A stretch of 64,000 bases of DNA from NCBI RefSeq assembly GCF_025526975.1, contig NW_026515673.1:372001-436000 (forward strand), read 5' to 3'. This DNA comes from Fimicolochytrium jonesii (Eukaryota). The notes below the pieces were generated by a model. The model was given only the letters and a program-made list of their open reading frames with translations. It was not told where the DNA came from and ran no database searches. Shown here piece after piece: positions 1 to 12,184 of the stretch (its first letter is position 1; each line of letters starts with the position of its first letter). The translations under genes were made by a program, and so were the position numbers.

Positions 1-1000
1 GTCCACGGTTTCCCGCGCTCTGGATGTTTCTGGAGCCTCGACAGTTGGTTGCACCGGACACTGACAGTGCCATGTGTGCGTTTTCAGATATCGTTCATGG
101 ATTCATTATAAGAGTACTGTCCATGTACATAGGATCATGATTTAATATGTGTCTCATCCCGCTGCTACATGTCGTGGCTTGGTGTATACTGGGTGTCGAG
201 GGTTCGCTTCCACGGACACGACATCCTCGGGCTTGGCTCTGGAAAGTATCAAAGTCGTGTCAGTCCCTCCTCGACAGCAATCTGCTTGAGGAGAACATTC
301 CAGATGAGCTAGACGCCGGAAGAACAAAACCCTAAACCCTGGATTCGACGCTAGCATTGTTCTAGATCAAGTGCAGAAAGCTGTATCGACTTTGTGTCGC
401 CATCCAGAATCGCTGAAAGTTTGGTTTGCGATTTACCATCCGGGCCATACTACAAGGCTCAACAAAGTTTCCATATGGGTTCAGAACCATCCCGTATTAC
501 GACAGGGCCTCCAAAAATACTGTCAACGACTGCTTACGCGTTTGAACTCCGACCGACGGAATGACACGGGTTCGCATACCATCGATGGACCAAGAAAGCA
601 TCCGTTCATATGCAATGTACTAAGAATACGGGCGGAGTCTGAGGCCCAGGCAGGGCATTAGAGCGTGCGCCTCGCAGTGGATGGGGTGGACGGCTACGGA
701 GGCCCGCTTCGAGTCTAGTATAAATACAGGGTCCTGGCCGCGAAGGACATTTCCCTTCGTTTTCTTCCGTTTCCCACTTTCGATCTCGCTTGCGAAGCTC
801 CTGTGGCAGAGAAAGCTTTCAGCAACGAATAGTTGGAAACGCTGTAGAGAGTGCGGACAATCTCCCGCAGCCAGTCTCGAGTCTTCATCTGTGCGACATC
901 TGCGATTTTTCAAGAACATCTCCTGCGAAATCCTCATCGGAATCGTTGCGAAGAACAGCACACCGATTTCATTCCCAACTGCGCCTGAACGGTTGCCAAG

Positions 1001-4000
1001 ATGAAGATTAACATCTTCTGGCTGGTAGCCTCTCTGGCCCTCTGGGCGGCCATCGTCGTCGCTCAAACCACAACCACTACGACTGATACCACCTCCTCCA
1101 CCGATACGGCGGCTCAGTCATCAAAGTCTGCTTCCACATCTGCGTCCACGTCTGCTTCCACGTCTGCTTCCACGTCTGCTGCAACGTCTGATTCAACGTC
1201 TGCTGCCACGGCTGCCACATCTACCAATACCAACACAGCTACTCCGACCACTTCTACCAGCGTCAGTGCTGCTGCCACAACCGCCTCTACATCTACGTCA
1301 TCCAATACCAACGCAGCAGCCACCACCGCATCGACTAGCATCAGCGCCGGTTCCGCGTCTACCACCGTCACTAGCTCTGCATCTTCTACCGCCACTGGCA
1401 GCAACGTAGTTACCACGACCTCGTCTACTACCGCCGCGGGCCGCGCAACCGGCACCGTTACTGCTAGCAGCAGCCAGACTGCCACGGCTTCGTCTACCAT
1501 CAGCTCAGTAGCGTCAAGCACACCCACAGCACCGATCATCGTCCCACGCATTGTCTATCCCATCTACAAGATTGAAGAGACAGAGTGGGACGGCAAACGC
1601 AGTTTTGCCAACGTTACGTGGATCCCCAGTTACGGTAAAGACGCAGGTTGGATCTACCCGGCCGCTCCGTACCCGTTCCCTTACTTTACCAACGTCGACA
1701 AGCCGGACGAAGGGTGGCAGCCTGCCAACTACAACCAGGACGTCATCCGCGAACCCTACCCGTGCTTCGTCAACTTCAATGGTTTACCAACCAAGGGCCA
1801 ATGTCAAGTCGACCGTCCGATGGTGTACAACTACACAACATCGTTCACGGATAATGGAACCCATCCAGAAGACGAGTGCAGCTACAACAATGGCACCGTG
1901 AACCTCTACGAGCACAAGTACCAGTACCCGTGCACCTCAAACTCTTCGACCATGTGCAACGGCACCTACACCTCCCAGTCTCCGAAGCCATTCGATATGG
2001 TGAACCCGAACCTCTACCCGCCATCAAACCCGTTGTATTTCAACTTGACGGCTAACAACGTAACCTACCCAGCCAGCGCTACAAACTACAACATCACCGG
2101 CCTTCCAAACCAGTACTTCGGAACTGACTACGTGTTGCCCACGGACACATTCGGTTATCAGCACAATTTCACGTACGCGTGCGGAACTAACGGAACCAAC
2201 GCAACCTGCACCAAATCCTACCGCTCGTTGTCCCAAACGCCGTTCCCCGAAGCCCCTCCTTTGGAAATCGTTGAGCTAACGCCCTCGTGCCTCGGTGATA
2301 ACAAAGCCAATCCAAACACGCAAGTGCCATGCGACAAAAACAATATGCCCTCAAGTGATTACGTTTGGGTGACGGTTATCGATCAGTATGTCGCACAGTG
2401 TGGTTCCCAACCTGGAGAACCTTCGCGCGGGTTCATCGGCGGGACTACAAGCAGCGGCATCTCTGCTACCGTCACACCCACGAGCAGCGCATCCGGCACT
2501 ACTCTCCTCACCTCGTCCGGCACCGTTTACTCGGCGTCCACCAGCGGTACGTCGTCTGTGAGTGGCTCAGCGTCGGCTGGCACCAGTGCGTCCAGCAACA
2601 CGGCTAGCATCTCATCTACTACAGCGGGTACCTCCTCGTCCGCGTCCAGCGACACAGCTAGCATCTCCTCCACTTCAGCTCGTAGCTCCTCCTCTGCGTC
2701 TACCGCATCGGCCAGCGCTTCGTCCACCTCTACGGCAGCGGGTACCATTTCGTCTTCTGTGACAGATGCAGCTTCTTCATCAACGTCGGCAGCGGGCAGC
2801 ACGTCGTCTTCTGTGACAGATGCAGCTTCTTCATCAGCGTCTACGGCAGCGGGTACCATTTCGTCTTCTGTGAAAGTTACAGCTTCTTCAACAACATCTA
2901 CCGCAGCGGGCAGCACTTCGTCTTCTGTGACAGATGCAGCTTCTTCATCAACGTCTACGGCGGCGGGCAGCACGTCGTCTTCTGTGACAGATGCAGCTTC
3001 TTCATCAACGTCTACGGCGGCGGGCAGCACGTCGTCTTCTGTGACAGCTGCAGCTTCTTCATCAGCGTCTACGGCAGCGGGTACCATTTCGTCTTCTGTG
3101 ACAGATACAGCTTCTTCAACAACATCTACCGCAGCGGGCAGCACTTCGTCTTCTGTGACAGATGCAGCTTCTTCATCAACGTCTACGGCGGCGGGCAGCA
3201 CGTCGTCTTCTGTGACAGATGCAGCTTCTTCGTCAACGTCTACGGCAGCGGACAGCACGTCGTCTTCTGTGATAGATACAGCTTCTTCATCAACTTCTAC
3301 GGCAGCGGGCAGCACGTCGTCTTCGGTGACAGATGCAGCTTCATCAACGTCTACGGCAGATGTGACTACCTCATCGAGCGACATCACTTCTTCCACCGAT
3401 ACCTCATCGAGTGACATCACTTCGGCCACCGGTACCTCATCGAGCGACATCACTTCGGCCGCCGATACCTCATCGAGCGACATCACTTCGGCCACCGATA
3501 CCTCATCGAGCGACATCACTTCGGCCACCGATACCCCATCTGAGAGCTCCACCGAAACGTCCACTGAGACGACGACAACTGAACCTCCAGTCCGACCCAT
3601 GCGTCTGAGGAAGCGTATCGATGTCGATGCAACTACCACATCGACGGGTACCCCTACCACGACGACCACCTCGGGTAGCTTGACTGCGACAACTTCATCG
3701 GGTGCCTCGACTGCTACGGCAACCGCGACCCCGTCTACCTGCACAACTTATAGGGCTCGAATTGTCTACCAACGAAAGACCACGATTCCCACCACCAGCT
3801 ACAACACGACCGAAACCAACTCCACCCACATTACGTTCATCACCACCACGCCCTGCCCCGATACCCCCACGCGCACCTGCACGTCCAACGTAACTTTCAA
3901 TCTGTTCAACCCTAACTGGTATCGCGAGTACCGCCAGAGCTCAAGCAACAACGGATCCTTCAGCAATGGCTACGAGTCCCTCTACCCGTACGCCGGTCCT

Positions 4001-7000
4001 AACATCGACAAGTTCTGGAACTACCAACTCCAGTCGGAGCACCGCGGTGACCAGCTGAAAAACCGTGGTGCCATCGTTCACGTTAATGGCAGCTTCGTCA
4101 ACGGTGCTTATGTCGGCGGTACTACCATCTCCCGAGACTACTGGACGGCGGTAGATTCCAGTTTCGGTACCATCAAGACATGCTTTAAAGTCCCAAAGCC
4201 CAACCCAGACTCCGAAGGATGCATATACTACTGGGCCGGACAAACGAGGTCGTACGCACGCGAGCCCTGCAACGAGGAGCGAAGGTTGTGGGTGGCCAAC
4301 GTGCTGGATGCTTTCAACCAGACGGAGCACCCCGACTTTTACGCCTTCGCCAATAGCATTTGGGACGCTCCAAAAGATCTTACATACCCCGAAGCCTGGA
4401 AAAGGGTCTACCCTCAGAATTATATCGGCGCCGGAGCGCCGAACCTCCAGATTTACAGCGGAATTTGGCAGAACAGGTCCTGGTCCGGACCTTACTGGCC
4501 TGACGTTCCATCCGCCAACCAAAACACCACACTGTACGCCTTCCCATTCCCGGCCGCACCCGTCGTGGATCCGAGCACCGGTCTGAGGGTTCCATGGAGC
4601 ACATTCCCCTACCTACCCAATGTCCCCGTCCCTTACTTGCCCAGCATCAAGTTGCCCAGGGACGGTAGGGCTTTCCCGGCTTTGATGTACTGGTCATTCG
4701 TCCCGAATCCTCGCGCTCCGGCTAAAACGCTGGCAGAGAGCTCGCAGCCCTGGTATCTCCTCCCTGCTCCACCTAGCGTCAACAAAACTGTGCAGCAGGG
4801 TGCATGGTGGCTCACCCCTGGATCCGCGCCCGTTCTCCAGTGGAGGCCCATTCGTACGTCTCATCTTCATTGTCTTTTTCGAACGCCTCATTTCTAACTT
4901 ATGTTTTTGCCGTCAATCAGAGGCTTGCCCAGTTCCCCCGACCAGCGGAAACTTGACCATTAGCGGATCCGCATGGAACCAAACGACTTTGTCAGTGACG
5001 TATGGATCAGCCACGGCCAATTTGGCAGTCGACGCATCCAACTGCGGGTACTCGTCGTCGGCAACCTACTGGTCCGTCGATAATGGCACCGAAGTTGCCG
5101 GGCCAACGCAGTATAAGTTGCCCCTCAGCACGTTGCTGCCTGGTCCTCACGTCGTCGCCGTTCGGGCCGTATACTTCGATGAGTCGGGCAATGTCGTGGG
5201 CAATGTCCGTACCTCCATCAGCATCACTCTCTTGCAGCCAACATTCACGGCCGTCTGGGCGAACCGGACCACGGAGGTCACCACCGCTCTTCCTCTGATA
5301 CTTAGCGCGGCCAACTCTATCGATCCAACCGACCCTTGCTATTTTGCGAGGTTCACAAATGGCATCCTCAATGGAGCTGCTTGGAATAAGTGTATCGGCA
5401 ACAACGCCCAGGCTTCACAGTCTCTAACATTCAAGCGAACACTCGTCTACTTCAGTTGCTCCAACGTGACCACGACCCCTTCTCCTTGCACTTTCGGTGT
5501 CAACTCAACGGCGACTCTCGCTCAGCTGCAAGCGGGCACCGTTGTGAGCAACGACACCTCCACAGCGGTGGTCGTGACCTCGGATGCAACGTACCAGAAC
5601 TTCACGACTGACATCCCGTCACTTACGTTCTTGTCCAACACCCTTACCGGGACGGACGGAACCTATCGATGGTCGGTCTACATTCAACGCCCGGGATTCA
5701 GCCCCTCCGCCTTGGCTGCGGTGCCTGTCGACAACGCGGTTCAAAATTATATCGACATAACGATAAGAACAAGCGGCACCTGGTTGTCCGTGAAAGCCTC
5801 CATCTTCGGTGGGCAGTACTACCAGATAGGCGATCCGGTGTATACCTCTGGAAGTGTGAGCACCAATGCGCCCACATTAAGCAATCAGTTGGAGCGCAGC
5901 TGGTATGTTCTTGGCCCCGATGGGCGCAACATAACTCGGGACCTTGGCATGGGCAAGTCTCAAGTCGTGGGTACTTTCGGCAAGATGTAAGTTTGTAGCA
6001 GACCGTATGCACTCAGTCACAAGTCCGGTCACTCACGTCTCTTCGTCTTCCATTCAGGATCGACACTTCCTTTTTCCCATCTGACGGACAGTACCAGGCG
6101 GTCATACGAGTCCGTGACATCGGCTATAAGAATGTGGCCGAAGACAGTGTCTTCTTTACCGTTTTCAGAACCCTCCCATCTGTTGCGGGCTGTACGCTGA
6201 GCTCAAACACCGGTACTGCACTTAACAAGGACAAACCGTTTTACATCAACTGCCCATCGACCCTGCAGTACGGCGCACGTTACTGGTACTCGTACAATGT
6301 CAACTCTAGCCCCAATACTACTCTGGCCTACCCCGGTGACAGCCAGCAGCCGTTCGTGCTTCCCGCCGGTAACCCGGTAATCCTCTACGCAAGGTCGTAC
6401 ATTCCCGGCACCAACTACGTCAGCACGGGGCAGTCTTTCAGTCTGACTGTTTCCGAACTGGTGATCCAGGCAGGCCAGGACGTTGGTAGCGTATACGCCG
6501 ACCTCTGCAAAGGAGCTCCTGGTCAAACGGCCGCCGCGGTTTCTTCTTTCACTTCCAGACTTGAAAGCTTGAATCTGACTCAGGAAGCAAAGAGCGCAGC
6601 GACTGCAGCGATCATCACTGCTCTCCAAGTCACTGATGTCAGCGGGGAAACGGTTGATACGGCTTCTGCAAAAGCGGCTGCCATCGCTTCGGTTGTCGCC
6701 GCCGCTCCATTGACCAATGCAGCTAAAGAATCGGCTTCCATCTCTGTTGCTCTTCTGTCCGCCAAGTTCGTGGACAACGGAGCTCCGGATGATGTCCTCA
6801 GAGCTACTGCCTCCGCCGTGGTCACAACCAAGAGCAGTGACGCGGCAAGTGGCAAGCGTGTTCTGGACACCTTGCTGAACGTTGGAAGAGCGATGGCTGT
6901 GGCTCTCACTCCCGGGAAGTCCAACACTGTCTCCACCGCAGCATTGGTGGTCATTGCCAGAGCGGACACTCTTGGTACCTTGCCGAGAAGCCTCACCCAA

Positions 7001-7797
7001 TCCGCGAACCGGGGGCGCCGTGACGTTGCCGGATGCCAAATCAGCGACTTCGATCTGGCAACCGATCTTGCGTCTGTAGCCGGCAATGGACAGAAGGTGG
7101 TTACTAGCAGCAGCTGCGTCGATTCTTACCCATACCCCGTCAACTCTTCGGTCACTTATCAGGGCAGCCAAATGTAAGTTCACGACTGCCATTTGGTGTT
7201 GCCCGATTGAGGACTCATGCTAAAGTTTGTATCTCTCTTTCTTCCAGCATGAGCTCTGCCGCTTTGACCTTGAACGTGTACGTTACCCCGGCGGGGAGCG
7301 ATACCGGGAGCCCCTTCACCGGCGCCATCACCAAGTACATCACCGCCGATGTCCCAACCACGCTGGCGCCAGCTCGTCGCCGCCGTCGGGGATTGGAAGC
7401 TCGCCAGTCCACCACCTCGTCCGTCCCCGTGTGCGTGATGTGGAACACCGCAATCCAGGCTTGGGACGAAAAGGGCTGCATCACCCCCGCCACCGCGACT
7501 TTCGGCAGCACCATCTCTTGCCAGTGCCTCGGTCTGGGTACTTACACCGTAGTCGCCAGACAGGTCGTCATCACCGGCACCTCCACTTCCACCGTTCCGC
7601 CAACGAACACTGGCACCGCTACGCGTATAGGCACGGGTTCCCCTACGCCTACTACTACCGATAACGGTCCCCCGGGCGGTGGCGAAGGTGGCTCGGACAA
7701 GATTTCGAAGGGTGCGATCGCCGGGGCGGTCATCGGAAGTATTGCCGGAGCAGCCCTCCTCGGAGCTGCCGCCTTCTACTTCATCAAGAAGCGTTAA
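1001..7797 (+). CDS. Large single-pass cell-surface glycoprotein, polycystin-1-like (signal peptide, Ser/Thr mucin tracts, PKD/REJ-like region, GAIN/GPS motif, C-terminal TM); 4 exons, ~2194 aa
   Basis: Exons 1001-4853, 4921-5986, 6058-7173 and 7248-7797 join in frame across GT-AG introns (6585 nt). Signal peptide MKINIFWLVASLALWAAIVVA. REJ-like motifs LILSAANSIDPTDP and GCTLSSNTGTAL..FYINC..YWYSY..LPAG. GPS-like CVMW..WDEKGC..CQCLGLGTY. TM GAIAGAVIGSIAGAALLGAAAFYFI followed by KKR*. Confidence 0.85.
2735..3355 (+). repeat. Coding minisatellite, 11 copies of a ~57-nt unit (AAGSTSSSVTDAASSSTST)
   Basis: Units start at 2735, 2789, 2846, 2903, 2960, 3017, 3074, 3131, 3188, 3245 and 3302. Confidence 0.95.
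3368..3532 (+). repeat. Coding minisatellite, 5 copies of a 33-nt unit (TSSSDITSATD)
   Basis: acctcatcgagcgacatcacttcggccaccgat repeated five times with few substitutions. Confidence 0.95.
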
Positions 7798-8275
7798 ATA
7801 TCGACAATCGAGAGATGATGCCAGAAACTGTTGAGATTTATACAGGATGAGAGAGATTGGCATGGTTTGAACAAAGGAAACGGGATAGCTTGCGCACATA
7901 TAAAACCGCATGTACACCGCTATAAACTTTCGTAATAAGAGAAAAGAGAAGTGAAAATTATCCATCATCCACATGCGCACTGGAGGGTTGGGTTGATGTC
8001 GTGTGTGAGGACACTCGGCTCTGGTAGGACTCGCGTTCATGACCGGCATTTTTCGGCAAGCAATGCCTCGTCGACAGTCGCAATGCTACCTTGTCGACTA
8101 ATGAAAACATAACCCCACATCTATTCGTGAAACAGGAAAACTAGCAGTCTAAGGCCGGATCCTGACAACCCCGCACACAATGCAGCACTCAACATCTGAC
8201 GCCCCTCGTTACGCCTATTCCTCTCATCTACGCACTCCTCTACGCCCATCACCTAACAGTCACCACCACACCCTC

Positions 8276-9145
8276 TCAGGCGAGGCCTGCCTCCCGTCTG
8301 AATGTCAACACCGGCTGCCTCTCAATAACAATCGGCAATCGGGACTGGCGGATGCCCCAGGGTGTGTAGGAGGTGGGGTAGGGGTACTCCAGGGCTTTCC
8401 GTTCCTCATTTCTCTGTTTGATTTTCGGAGGTGATAACAGTGTGAGATGGAGAACTGAGAGCTGGGTTCTCAGGAGGTCATCGTACCAGAAACGCCCCGA
8501 TGGAGAGGAAGAATCCGAGCATGGCGCCGTGCTGGAGCATGTATTTGCCTACTGTCGACATGTATCCCCTGTACAAACATCCGAAAGGTTATACACTTTA
8601 CTCCTGATGCGGAACATGGCGTCTCCACATTACCTGCCCGGATCAGGTCCGACTCTAAGACAACCATTCCAGAAACATATCACATAGTAAAGGGTCAGCA
8701 ATACGCTTCTTCAACCCGACACTCCCTTCACTCTGCGTGCATGGCAATATCACTTTCCGCACCTTAGAACCGTCATCGTTCCGTAGAGAAAACCGACACA
8801 CATCCCCGCGGAGCCACCCATAATGAACCCTGTCGAGCGTCAAGTTGAGGGCCGGTCCGGAAAGGTATTTAAACAGCGATAGAGTGATGCAAACGTACCC
8901 ATCTTCCACTGAGGAGTGGAGACACCCAAGTGCATAACCGAGAGGTGAGATATTGTCAGTAATGGTGGGTGCCTGGTTCAGCGGCTCTGTGATCTGCTTT
9001 CTGTCCTTTACCTTGTCAAACCTGGACCATCGAGCAAAAGTCAGAACTCAATTTCGTCTAGCCGCTCAATCCTGGGGAACCGTTGCAACAACCGGAAGCG
9101 TATCCCCACCTTAACTTACCATGTAGGACCTTCTGCGCGCTGCAT
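8276..9145 (-). CDS. MGR2: Mitochondrial TIM23-associated protein Mgr2/ROMO1; 7 exons, 117 aa
   Basis: Exons 9145-9120, 9021-9012, 8908-8899, 8829-8763, 8654-8634, 8568-8487 and 8413-8276 (all GT-AG, 354 nt) give MQRAEGPTWFDKWKMGFIMGGSAGMCVGFLYGTMTVLRVGPDPGRGYMSTVGKYMLQHGAMLGFFLSIGAFLRNEE..., matching the Romo1/Mgr2 pattern DK.KMG..MG...G...G.L.G and GKY....G..G.F.SIG..R. Confidence 0.9.
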
Positions 9146-9417
9146 TTTGAGTCCCTTTGTCTGAGTCTGCGTGCCCCGGTGTGTGCGAGTGCAGGAGAAG
9201 AGCGATCAATTCCTCCAAGCTGGCCGAACGCGACGAGACCCGACCTCAACCCTGACCTCAACCTCAACTGCCATCACGAGTCCGATGATCCCCTACATAG
9301 CCAGGGAACACTGAAAAAGGCAAAGGACAGTGGCAGCGGCCGCAACGCAAGCGGCCACGAGGGACTGAACCGACTGGTTAAAGAATCTCGCTCAATCTCA
9401 CCGACAACCATACCAAC

Positions 9418-9761
9418 ATGACTGACTATCTCTCCCACATTCAACCCGTCCCACGCGGGCTCAGCATCACTCTGGGGAAAACAAAAACGCCACACTGCGT
9501 ACATTTAATAACCCCACGGTATGAGATGCCTTCAATTCCGGGCGAAATGCCGGTGGCGGCCGAGCTGGGAGGGTTGTGGGGGGACGATGAGAGGGATGAG
9601 GGAGCCGTCCGAGGAGAGGGTGGGAAAGAACTGCGAGCAGATACATCAGATGTTGCCCTGGATCTAGGTGCGAGGGATATATCGATATACCATGTCAGCA
9701 CGCTACGATATCGATGTGTACAGCTATGAGGCTGATTTTGCGCTCGGATTGGAATATTTGA
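9418..9761 (+). CDS. Possible small hypothetical protein (~95-103 aa)
   Basis: ATG ORF head-to-head with MGR2, with a possible intron 9668-9723. No recognisable motif. Confidence 0.2.
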
Positions 9762-10543
9762 GGAAGGATAGGGTCAGCTTGGTTGAGGTGAGCGATGGCT
9801 GAGATGAAGATTGGTTGATGAAACAGGAGACCAACTTTGTGGTAAGGGCATCAGGGCCTGGCACTGAACTGGAAGGACAGTATAGACGAGCGTTGCTTAG
9901 TATAGGCCTGATGACGGAGTTGCACGGAATCCACGGCGTTCGCTCGGGATAGAGTTGCAGGTTTCGTAGACCTGGCTGTAGGGTCCTCTCCGCTGATTAG
10001 ATGTTGGCCGCGTTCATCGTCATAGTTTTGTACATGGCCGATAGATCCAATATTCAATTGCGATGGATTTCGATGGGCATTTCGGCAGTCTGGTCTGCGG
10101 CCGTATCCATCTGGAGTCTGGGATGTGCGTGTGCGGACGGTCTCCTTTGTTGAGGATAGTGTTCGCTTTTTTCCGATTCCTTTGGTCCCTAACCCTCAAC
10201 ATCATTCCATTTTTCAAAGTCCTGAAGTAGCCACGCCAATCCTCAGGCACGTGCAAAGAGCTTTGATGGTGTAGATGATCTTGATTGAGTCGTAAGCATT
10301 GCTGTTTGGCAGCACTAATTGGCTTTGCCTGCAAAACTCAGCAGGACATCCACAGGCTCGCTCCCAAAATTCGACGCTAACCCAGGTTTGGGTTCCTTCC
10401 CTTCCCGGTCTTGCAACATTATCCCCACTTCCCTCACGTCTCAGATGAGTAACCTCCATAACTAACCACGGGCTCTATGGTATCGAGAAAGCGAGGTGAG
10501 GATTTCGGTTGACGATGAGCGCGTGATGTTCTCATGTTGGGGT

Positions 10544-11339
10544 TCACAGCGCCACTTGCTCTTGCTTCTCCGTCTGGAACCGCACGGATACCATGTTAGG
10601 AGCGGAACGCTTACTATTTCTCACTTCACGGAACCGTACCTCCTCCATCCGTTTCAGCGTATTTATGACCGACCGCTTGCTGGACTCCTGTAGTTCCCCT
10701 CCTATCAGGAGTTCGTCTATTTGCATTCAAAGGTTCGCTCATGAGTCGGCCATTCCCGAAGCACGAATGAGGAGTCTATTTGACACATACCTATTATCAT
10801 ATATGCTTGCTGGTAGTTGAAGATGATATCTAGCTCGCACACGTTCAGAAACCATTTGTCAAGAACCTCCACGTAGCGGTGAATGATTTCCAACGTAAGC
10901 AGTTCGTTGTCATCGAGGTCTGTCCCGGCAATAAAGAACAAACTCGCATATCTGGGTTGACAAAAGCAAAGTCTCAACGCTAACCCGAAGCGCTGGTGAA
11001 GCAGCTAATGCCGGTTTCCATACCTCCTGTAGACGACTTTGAAATCTGGGAAAGAGGAGTTTGTAAGACGAAAGATGTACATAATTTTTGCCATTCTGTC
11101 CTCCAACCTACCTTTGTATTCCAACACATTGCACATCTTTGCCTTCCGCGCCAAGACCGTCTGACTGACATCCTTAACGGTCTTGCCTTTCTCCTTGACC
11201 GACCAGTCGCTTGTAAACCATTTCGTCAACCGGATTTTGCCTGGGAAGAGTTCATGACCGTGATGAGTGGCAGAAGACAGACTAGATATACGAGTAACTT
11301 ACCCTGCCGCGAGACGAGGAGCAGGAACTTGACTGCCAT
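10544..11339 (-). CDS. APS1: AP-1 clathrin adaptor complex sigma subunit (multi-exon)
   Basis: Spliced product [21 protein letters not shown]...[27 protein letters not shown]...[32 protein letters not shown]...[14 protein letters not shown]. Confidence 0.9.
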
Positions 11340-11515
11340 TCTGAGGACTGGCTGTCCGTGGTCAACGGGGGTGTCGTACTGCTATTATCTGCTCCAGAAT
11401 TCGAGCTCGTTGGAAGGTCGAATTGTCACCGAGTCACAGCGGCCTCTTTGACGCCTCACGCGTCGTTCTCCTTCTCCCAAGGTCTTCCTTTTCATGGCAA
11501 ACGCCGTAGGACGAA

Positions 11516-12184
11516 ATGTTTCCCCGAACGGCACAGATAGCTCACAATACTCTGGGTCTGCTGCAACTCTCGCTCGCACTTCTTCAATGTCTCAGGGAAC
11601 GCCGCTTCCTCCCGACAGCCTCGCGCCTCACTTCCCGATACAGCCTCCAACTCCGCTACCACTTCCACATCTACATTGCTTTCTACATCTTGGAACTCGT
11701 CTTCTCAGATGTCGTCACCGAATTCCCAAACATGGCCGTGCACCATATAGTAGCCATCGCAATCTTCTTGGGTGCATTGAGTGATTTCGGCTCGCTCAGC
11801 GCCATCACCCTGGTGCCGTTTCTCCTGCACGCGGTGTTCTGGACGCTGGGGCAGGGAGTCAGTTTTACCCTGCTGGCGGTGTACAATATGGGATTCGGAT
11901 GCATCATCTTGCTGCTGGTAGCAAACAACACCAGGCCGCCGCACCGCAGATGGTTTGCCCCTGTGGCATGGCCTGTGGTCACCATGGGTGGCCTTGAGGT
12001 ATGCGTCAACTATGTAACGTACTGTCTGGACTATGAAGGGGTCAGGTGCCCGAATATACAAGACGGACGGATGGGGGTAGCTCAAATATGCCTCGCTGTG
12101 GCGGCTGGTACGGTTATCATATTAGCTGGCACGCTGGGATATATGCAAAAAGACAAAGAGACAAAGCGAAGTAAAAAGATCTGA
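11516..12184 (+). CDS. Hypothetical multi-pass membrane protein, weakly TLC-domain-like
   Basis: Intronless 222-aa ORF with about 5-6 hydrophobic segments and an M.VHHIV motif; divergent from APS1. Confidence 0.6.
   Translation: MFPRTAQIAHNTLGLLQLSLALLQCLRERRFLPTASRLTSRYSLQLRYHFHIYIAFYILELVFSDVVTEFPNMAVHHIVAIAIFLGALSDFGSLSAITLVPFLLHAVFWTLGQGVSFTLLAVYNMGFGCIILLLVANNTRPPHRRWFAPVAWPVVTMGGLEVCVNYVTYCLDYEGVRCPNIQDGRMGVAQICLAVAAGTVIILAGTLGYMQKDKETKRSKKI

Noticed and set aside
1..73. Possible start of a minus-strand gene running off the window (MALSVSGATNCRG...)
   Set aside because: Too short to support.
2735..3532. Repeat arrays as a CRISPR array
   Set aside because: They are in-frame tandem coding repeats with no unique spacers, no cas genes, and a eukaryotic context.
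2527..3744. Long antisense Val/Asp/Glu-rich ORFs (also 1114-1551)
   Set aside because: These are shadows of the Ser/Thr/Ala codon repeats on the plus strand.
9851..10459. Short minus-strand ORFs downstream of APS1
   Set aside because: No motifs or convincing splice structure; probably UTR or intergenic.
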